Below are positions 25,930-32,000 of a stretch of 32,000 bases of DNA, piece after piece. The stretch spans positions 1 to 32,000 of the forward strand of contig PRDJ01000010.1 in the NCBI GenBank assembly GCA_003345555.1, read 5' to 3'. Origin of the DNA: Candidatus Thorarchaeota archaeon. Its GTDB lineage: Archaea > Asgardarchaeota > Thorarchaeia > Thorarchaeales > Thorarchaeaceae. The first letter of the stretch is position 1; the number at the start of each line of letters is the position of its first letter. Under the pieces are notes generated by a model. The model did no database searches. It was not told the origin of the DNA and saw nothing but the letters and a program-made list of their open reading frames with translations. Made by a program: the position numbers and the translations under genes.

Positions 25930-28251
25930 TCATCCCGTCGTGTTCTCTTCTCGATGTGATGGATATTCTAACGTAAGCATGTGTCTCAAACGACTGGCCG
26001 TTTTTGGCCCCACACCCTTTACTTTCATTAGTTCGTTCTCATCCGCTGTGAAAGTCTTCTCAAGTGTACCGAATTGTGTGAGAATAGACCGGGATATTAC
26101 TGTATCAATGCCCGGAAAGCCCGAGAGTATGTACTCCAGAGTCTCTGCGTCCGTACCCTTGGTCTCAGGCGACCTAGTACGCAATATCCTCTTTGATTCA
26201 ACCTGCTCGAGGTGTGCAATCCTGTAAAGGATATTGGCTGTCTCCTGAGCGTTGCGCGCCCACAGAATGGGAATTCGAAGTCGTATCGCTATGGATGCAA
26301 GTGCTCCGTATATTGACGCGGGATTGACGGCTCTCAGTCCTGTCAGCTGTTCTCCTTCGATGATCAGTACCGGCCTACGATAAGTGGACTGCAAGGCGCT
26401 GAGCTGGACAAACAGTCGCCCGTCTATAAGAGACTGTATGAAATCGCCAGATTCCTTCCGTTCAATGCCTACGTCTTCGGAAGCTATGTAATCACCTACC
26501 TCAAGGCTCTCGCCAGATATGGAAACATCGAGACGCGCAAGTTCTCTCGCAACAGCTGTTGGCAGTTCTCTTGAATCGACGATAAGCTTCACTCGTGCAT
26601 CTGGGGTGGTGGTTTTGCTCTCTGTCTCTCCGTCCTGCCTTTGCGTTCGACCCAAATCCTGAGGGAACTCCTCCAAGCTTGTCTGTTTTTCTTGGGGCTT
26701 CTCTTCTGCCTCCTTAAGGGCCGATGGCATCTTCTTCAACTTGTTAATCACACTCCAATGATAGAACTCGTCATGAGTTCCTCTGGCTACGAAAATCACA
26801 ACGCGACCCGGTAGTCTTCTACCCGTACGGCCACGACGCTGAATGTATGGAACAACTGACGGAACACAATCGTAGAAGATTACAAGATTGCACTCAGGAA
26901 TGTCAAGCCCTTCTTCGCCCACCTGAGTGGCCACAAGCACATTGAACTCGCTGTTGCGAAAACCATCCAATACCTCGATTTGCTTTTTCTGACTGAAACC
27001 GCGGTCGGAGCCTTTGGAACTCTGCCCGACGAAGCGGCTTACTCTGGCATCATCGAGTTGCTCTATTACCTGACAAACCTCTGCTGCCGTATCGCGAAAG
27101 CGAGTGAATACAAGTATGCGTGAATCCAAGTCAGTTGACAGTTGCTCCCCTATGATTTCGAGCAAAGCATCTGCCTTGGGATGACGATAACCCTTTGTCA
27201 CAAGTGCGTCCAATAGGCTTTCGAACTGCATGAACTCGGACCTAGAGACTAGGTCTTTGACACCTTTGGAGCTTCTCTTGTTACGAGCTTCCTCGTGCAT
27301 GCCTTGGACGTATCTCTGAGTTGGTCCTATCCCCTGCGTTCCGACAAATTCTATTAGATGGACTACTCTCAATGCTGCCGTCAAGTCACGGATTATCAAA
27401 TAGAGATGGGGTGGGGGTTTCGTATAGGACCCTATTTCCTTACGAACTTCAGTCTGAACCCGGAGTATCTCTTTCCTGCTAAGTCGTCGGCTGTCAGGCA
27501 GAGCATAACCATAGTTCAGTACTCGGGAAGTGTAATCTTTGAGCAATCCAAACAGCATCTCTCTTAGCACTTGGATTTCAGAAGGCAGAGTAACGTAACG
27601 GATGTCTGTGGCAATTGCGACCACGTAGTCGCGTACATCAGGACTGTCTTCATTCCGCACTTCGATGTGGCCAAGTCTCAGGTTTTCACATACCTTTCTG
27701 ACCTGCTCGGCGTCATGGCCCGGTGATGCAGTGAGACCCAAGGAGCGCGGAAATCGAGCCTGTTTTTCATAGAGCTCCGCAATGAAAGTGTAAGCGTAGT
27801 TGCCCACACCGCGATGCGCCTCATCGTAGACAAGGAGTGACACATCGCCAAGAGTATAGCTCTGTTGCACCAAGTCATTCTGAAGGGCTTGAGGCGTCAT
27901 GACAATAACGCGAGCCCGCGACCACTCCGCCCGACGCTGTTCAGGTGGATCCTGACCAGTCATGCAAATGACTGAATCTTCTTCAATATCAAGCATCTGT
28001 CTTAGAGTTCGGGCCTGTTGATCAACAAGCGGACGAGAGGGAGCAAGGAACAATATCTTGGAATTGGGATATTGATTCAGTCGTTTTGATGCAGCAAGAG
28101 CTGCGATGACGGTCTTACCAAGACCCGTACTCAATACGATCAGAGTGTTTTCGCTACCGGCGATTTCTGAGAGCACAACTTGATACTCTCTGTATTCGAC
28201 GGTCTCTTTCCTAATCAGCGGCATCTCAACAAAGGACGGTGCTGCTGCCAT
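25930..28251 (-). CDS. hef: Hef (FANCM-like) DEAH helicase fused to ERCC4/XPF nuclease with HhH repeats
   Basis: REYQ, LSTGLGKT, YDEAHR, GLTASPG, VATQVGEEGLDIP, QRRGRTGR; VDSRE, GDY, IERK; GFPGI, GVGPKTA. Confidence 0.95.
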   Translation of the reverse strand: MAAAPSFVEMPLIRKETVEYREYQVVLSEIAGSENTLIVLSTGLGKTVIAALAASKRLNQYPNSKILFLAPSRPLVDQQARTLRQMLDIEEDSVICMTGQDPPEQRRAEWSRARVIVMTPQALQNDLVQQSYTLGDVSLLVYDEAHRGVGNYAYTFIAELYEKQARFPRSLGLTASPGHDAEQVRKVCENLRLGHIEVRNEDSPDVRDYVVAIATDIRYVTLPSEIQVLREMLFGLLKDYTSRVLNYGYALPDSRRLSRKEILRVQTEVRKEIGSYTKPPPHLYLIIRDLTAALRVVHLIEFVGTQGIGPTQRYVQGMHEEARNKRSSKGVKDLVSRSEFMQFESLLDALVTKGYRHPKADALLEIIGEQLSTDLDSRILVFTRFRDTAAEVCQVIEQLDDARVSRFVGQSSKGSDRGFSQKKQIEVLDGFRNSEFNVLVATQVGEEGLDIPECNLVIFYDCVPSVVPYIQRRGRTGRRLPGRVVIFVARGTHDEFYHWSVINKLKKMPSALKEAEEKPQEKQTSLEEFPQDLGRTQRQDGETESKTTTPDARVKLIVDSRELPTAVARELARLDVSISGESLEVGDYIASEDVGIERKESGDFIQSLIDGRLFVQLSALQSTYRRPVLIIEGEQLTGLRAVNPASIYGALASIAIRLRIPILWARNAQETANILYRIAHLEQVESKRILRTRSPETKGTDAETLEYILSGFPGIDTVISRSILTQFGTLEKTFTADENELMKVKGVGPKTASRLRHMLTLEYPSHREENTTG

Positions 28252-28350
28252 GCTTCTTCTCGACCATATGGATGTCTTGTCTATCAGACCTTTGATAATA
28301 CACAGTGTAAAAAGCCTCCTACATACATCCAGCTGAAGGAGTCAGATAGG

Positions 28351-28686
28351 ATGACCGCAAAGGAACCATTGACCAGCATTGAAGCCGAACTGTATGAGCT
28401 CAGCATGCCTGGCCGACTTCTGGGAAAAGAAGTGCTCGACAACAGGGCGCGGAGGATTGGCATAGTCCGGAGTATAAGAATCGGGCTGAATCCGACTCGC
28501 TCTGAGCTAATTGTGAAGGGTGCAGAGGTCGAGTTTCCTGTTGACTTCGGTAAGGTTGAGACTGTAGGCACGGTCGTACAACTGAACTCAATGGTGAAAG
28601 ATGCCGAAGAGATTGAAGTTCACGATGTGATCAGGCTTCAGAAGGAAGTACTGGACGACATGCGCAGCTACTTGGCTGGACGGTAG
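28351..28686 (+). CDS. PRC-barrel domain protein
   Basis: RLLGKEVLDNRARRIGIVRSI.I......LIV......PV....V.TVGTVV.L. The longer called ORF overlaps hef, so ATG 28351 is preferred. Confidence 0.75.
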   Translation: MTAKEPLTSIEAELYELSMPGRLLGKEVLDNRARRIGIVRSIRIGLNPTRSELIVKGAEVEFPVDFGKVETVGTVVQLNSMVKDAEEIEVHDVIRLQKEVLDDMRSYLAGR

Positions 28687-28757
28687 TATCCAGCCACAAC
28701 TCCCTTCGAATATGTTAATAGCCTCAGAAGATGCTCCCCACATTCGGAGCGGTTCCA

Positions 28758-29579
28758 ATGGATCTTACGGTTGAGAAACTGGCTCGGATGATTGATCATA
28801 CAGAGCTGAAACCAGAGGCAAAACACGAGAAGATAAAGCAGCTTTGCGAGGAGGCTCTTGCTTACAGATTCGCGGCAGTCTGTATCAATGCCAGCCATGT
28901 TCAGTATGCGGTCGAGATGTTGAAAGATTCGGACGTCAAGGTCGCCTGCGTTATCGGTTTTCCTCTCGGCGCGACCCTCTCAGAAGTGAAAGCCTACGAG
29001 GCAAAGGAAGTCGTTAGACTGGGCGCCCAAGAAGTCGACATGGTAATGAATATTGGCGCTCTTCGTGACAAGAACTATGATCTTGTGAAAACTGACATGG
29101 AAGCCGTGGTTAAAGCAGCTGGGGATGCGCATACCAAAGTAATCCTAGAGACGGGCTTTCTCACTGATGACGAAAAGAGAAAGGCCTGCTTGCTTGCAAA
29201 GGAGGCCGGAGCGTACTTTGTCAAGACATCAACTGGTTTTGGTCCTATGGGCGCAACTCCTTATGACGTACGGTTAATGCGTGAGACAGTAGGTCCTGAC
29301 ATGGGTGTGAAAGCTGCTGGGGGCATTCGCAGCTTCAAAGACGCAATCCAAGTGATTGAAGCAGGAGCTGATCGCTTGGGCTGCAGTTCCAGTGTCGCAG
29401 TGGTAGAGGACTTTCGCTGGGCTCAGTACAGCGACATTTGGATGCAGCATGACAAACCGTGTTGGACATGTCCCAGTCGGCAGGCAAACTTGGCGAAACA
29501 ACCCAAGGACGTCTATCTTTACTACAAGCAGCGTTGTCTGACTTGCCCCGACCGGGAACAGAATATCTTCAACGACTAG
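28758..29579 (+). CDS. deoC: Deoxyribose-phosphate aldolase with a C-terminal double-CxxC extension
   Basis: IDHTELKP, VIGFPLG, EVDMVMNIG, KVILETG, FVKTSTGF, GVKAAGGIR, RLGCS; then CWTC-x21-CLTC. Confidence 0.93.
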   Translation: MDLTVEKLARMIDHTELKPEAKHEKIKQLCEEALAYRFAAVCINASHVQYAVEMLKDSDVKVACVIGFPLGATLSEVKAYEAKEVVRLGAQEVDMVMNIGALRDKNYDLVKTDMEAVVKAAGDAHTKVILETGFLTDDEKRKACLLAKEAGAYFVKTSTGFGPMGATPYDVRLMRETVGPDMGVKAAGGIRSFKDAIQVIEAGADRLGCSSSVAVVEDFRWAQYSDIWMQHDKPCWTCPSRQANLAKQPKDVYLYYKQRCLTCPDREQNIFND

Positions 29580-29590
29580 GAGGAGCAATC

Positions 29591-31387
29591 TTGTCAAAGT
29601 CACTATCTGGTAAGTATGCGGATGCAGCAATACTGCATGTGTCTCTGACTGACAGAAGTATCCGGAGAGAGCCTTTGTCTCCTGGTCTGTTCAAGGGATA
29701 TCTCGGCGGTCGCGGTCTTGGCGTTAGGACGCTATACGATCGTTTGGAGCCTCATTTGGACCCGATGTCGCCAAGCAACCTGCTGATTTTTGCTGTCGGC
29801 CCTGTAACTGCGACAAGTGTGCCTACTGCAGGCCGCTTTGCGGTCATTACGAAGTCACCCTTGACTGGTACAGTATTCGATTCTCATGCCGGCGGTTCGT
29901 TTGGAGCACATCTGAGACGCGCAGGGTATGCCGCTATCGTGTTGGAGGGCCGCTCCACATCTCCTGTCTATCTTTGGATTAACGATGACAGGACCGAGAT
30001 AAGAGATGGTTCTGGTGTCTGGGGAAAGGACACGAGTGTGACCACCAGTCAGCTCCTTCAAGAAACAGATTCGCAAGCGGAAGTGGCGTGTATAGGTCCC
30101 GCTGGAGAGCACGGAGTCAAGCTGGCCGCAATAATCACTGACCGACATCGTGCTGCTGGACGTGGCGGCGTTGGGGCAGTCATGGGGTCAAAGAATCTGA
30201 AAGCTGTGGTTGTCCGAGGGACGACCAAAGTGGCAGTTAGCGACGAAGAAGGTCTGAACAAGACCGTCGAGCGAGCCCGTCGTCTCATAAAGAAGAATCA
30301 GGTAACCGACAAGTCGCTGCCAATCTACGGGACGCCAGTCTTGGTTAGTCTTATCAATGAGCATGGAATGCTGCCCACCTTCAATTTCCAAGAGGGAACA
30401 TTCAACGATGCTGAAGGTGTTTCCGGAGAGAAACTGCTAGAACGCTTCTCCGTTCGCCAGTATCATTGCTTCGGGTGCCCTATTGGCTGCGGGCGGATAA
30501 GTCGACTTGGCGGGGAGGAGGTCGGTGGACCCGAATATGAGAGCCTATGGGCATTGGGTCCGGAGTGCGGCATAAACGACCTCGAGTGGATTATCACAGC
30601 GAACAATCGCTGCAATCTCATGGGTCTCGACACAATATCCGTCGGGAGCACTGTCGGTTGTGCAATGGAACTTACTCAGAAGGGCAAGCTGGATTCTTCC
30701 CTCAGATTTGGTGAGACCGAAGGCGTACTCGAGCTCATTGACGATATTGCATTCAGAAAAGGTCTAGGAGCAGAGCTCGGCGAGGGATCCAGAGCCTTTG
30801 CTTCGAACCATGGTTCTCCAGAATTGGCCATGCAGGTCAAGGCTCTTGAGCTGCCGGCATATGACCTCCGAGGGGTTCAAGGCCATGCGCTGGGTTCTGC
30901 AACTTCCAACCGCGGCGGCTGCCATCTGAGGTCCTATCTCATTGGACCTGAGGTTATGGGCGCTCCGGTCCTTGTAGATCGCGACCGGACAGAGGGTAAG
31001 CCAGAGTTGGTTATTCTCTTTCAGAATCTCTCGGCCGCTATGGACTCGATGGTGCTCTGCAGATTCACAAGTTTCGCTTGGAGTATCGACGACTATGCCG
31101 AGATGCTGACCAACTGCACCGGGGTTCGGATCTCTGGTCCTAGTCTTCTTGTCATCGGAGAGCGTATCTGGAACCTTGAACGTTTATTCAATAACCGGGA
31201 GGGTTTCACTTCCCGAGATGATCAGTTACCGCCGCGTTTCTTCAAACCGCTACCTGAAGGCGGTTCACGGAATCGAGTTGTCCATCTCGAAGAGATGCTG
31301 CCCAAGTACTATGCTCTCCGGGGCTGGGACAAAGAAGGTCGTCCAACTAAGGAGCGGCTCAAACGCGTTGGTATTGACAAGACCTAG
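29591..31387 (+). CDS. aor: Tungsten-dependent aldehyde:ferredoxin oxidoreductase family protein
   Basis: YLGGRGLG, KSPLTG, AAGRGGVGAVMGSKNLKA, CFGCPIGC, GPEYE, NRGGCHL, DSMVLC.F, YYALRGWD. AGGAGG SD precedes TTG 29591. Confidence 0.93.
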   Translation: MSKSLSGKYADAAILHVSLTDRSIRREPLSPGLFKGYLGGRGLGVRTLYDRLEPHLDPMSPSNLLIFAVGPVTATSVPTAGRFAVITKSPLTGTVFDSHAGGSFGAHLRRAGYAAIVLEGRSTSPVYLWINDDRTEIRDGSGVWGKDTSVTTSQLLQETDSQAEVACIGPAGEHGVKLAAIITDRHRAAGRGGVGAVMGSKNLKAVVVRGTTKVAVSDEEGLNKTVERARRLIKKNQVTDKSLPIYGTPVLVSLINEHGMLPTFNFQEGTFNDAEGVSGEKLLERFSVRQYHCFGCPIGCGRISRLGGEEVGGPEYESLWALGPECGINDLEWIITANNRCNLMGLDTISVGSTVGCAMELTQKGKLDSSLRFGETEGVLELIDDIAFRKGLGAELGEGSRAFASNHGSPELAMQVKALELPAYDLRGVQGHALGSATSNRGGCHLRSYLIGPEVMGAPVLVDRDRTEGKPELVILFQNLSAAMDSMVLCRFTSFAWSIDDYAEMLTNCTGVRISGPSLLVIGERIWNLERLFNNREGFTSRDDQLPPRFFKPLPEGGSRNRVVHLEEMLPKYYALRGWDKEGRPTKERLKRVGIDKT

Positions 31388-31433
31388 GTCAAGCCGCGTT
31401 CGTGACGAATGACCAAGACCATGAAGATGGGGA

Positions 31434-32000
31434 TTGATTCAACTGGCAAGAGGACTGAACCGCGGAAGGAAGTTTCGTCGTGGACATGCACCGTACCTGA
31501 CAAGAATCAGGTTCTATTGGTGTGAGAGCTGCAATGTTCCCCGAATCGCCAATACCCGGTGCTCTGTTTGTGGAGGCTCGCCAAGACCTGTTGGGTTATC
31601 CCCTCCTGGTGATCCCTATCCGGCGATGGATGGCCATCTTAAACGCGCAAAGAAGACCATCGACCGGCAGTTTGGAGATGGCATTGGCCAAGCGTTGTTG
31701 CCCTCCACGAAGACCATAGTCATGAATAAGGTGTCATCACTGGATGCCATGTATGAAATCATTGTTGATGGTCATGTGGTAGGTCGATTGAGATTCGATA
31801 TTCCTCAGTGTGACTATACATTCGTGCTGTCACTTGAGGGTGGCCGAAGGATTGGTGCCTTGAGGGCTCAGAAATGGGTCTCATGTCAAGATGGTGTTCT
31901 AGAGTACCTCAAGAAGGGGGCCAACCTACTGGTTCCTGGTATCATAGACTGCGACACGGCCATTGATGCAGGTGATGAAGTTTGGCTGATGGACTCGCAG
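31434..32000 (+). CDS. 5' part of an archaeal PAPS-reductase-family protein (N-terminal Zn ribbon plus PUA domain); truncated by the window end
   Basis: Missing from the supplied ORF track. Frame from TTG 31434 reads ...APYLTRIRFYWCESCNVPRIANTRCSVCG...SPPGDPYPA...QFGDG...NKV...EIIVDG...GANLLVPGIIDCD..IDAGDEV and stays open to 32000. Confidence 0.85.
   Translation, partial: MIQLARGLNRGRKFRRGHAPYLTRIRFYWCESCNVPRIANTRCSVCGGSPRPVGLSPPGDPYPAMDGHLKRAKKTIDRQFGDGIGQALLPSTKTIVMNKVSSLDAMYEIIVDGHVVGRLRFDIPQCDYTFVLSLEGGRRIGALRAQKWVSCQDGVLEYLKKGANLLVPGIIDCDTAIDAGDEVWLMDSQ

Noticed and set aside
1-32000. CRISPR array, IS/transposase, integrase, selenoprotein with in-frame UGA
   Set aside because: I saw no regularly spaced repeats or mobile-element genes, and the redox enzymes (AOR, radical SAMs) have uninterrupted frames with Cys ligands.

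Overview
Archaeal genomic DNA, most likely an Asgard archaeon (Thorarchaeia-like). This is inferred from gene content: several Roadblock/LC7 genes around an MglA-type GTPase, eL33/L35Ae, Hef, LipS1 and archaeal TATA boxes. The window is gene-dense and mostly housekeeping: uppS, ADP-forming acyl-CoA synthetase alpha/beta, lipS1, rpl35ae, dhs, rpl10e, trmJ, DRG GTPase, trmY-like, srp54, pyrI, A/V-ATPase F/A/B, family-4 UDG, DUF2095, radical SAM, glmU-like, two HTH regulators, hef, PRC-barrel, deoC, aor and a partial PUA/PAPS-reductase-like gene. I saw no CRISPR array, tRNA, rRNA or mobile element. The most interesting signals are: (1) an unannotated double-guide box C/D sRNA (8625-8698, minus) whose guides match LSU rRNA helix 69/70, including the A1913 site that is 2'-O-methylated in eukaryotes; (2) a three-Roadblock + MglA module in which one Roadblock has an MglB-like/MIM1-like acidic C-terminal helix; (3) a roughly 150-nt intergenic element with two mutually exclusive folds (9820-9970); (4) a DeoC with a C-terminal double-CxxC module, closely coupled to a tungsten AOR gene; (5) a fragmented ATP synthase locus interrupted by a UDG with a Cys-to-Ser change at an Fe-S ligand and a tandem pilin-like membrane protein; (6) a 404-aa protein built of AAA-lid/histone-fold-like repeats with no ATPase core. 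All family assignments come from motif recognition by eye; no database searches were run.
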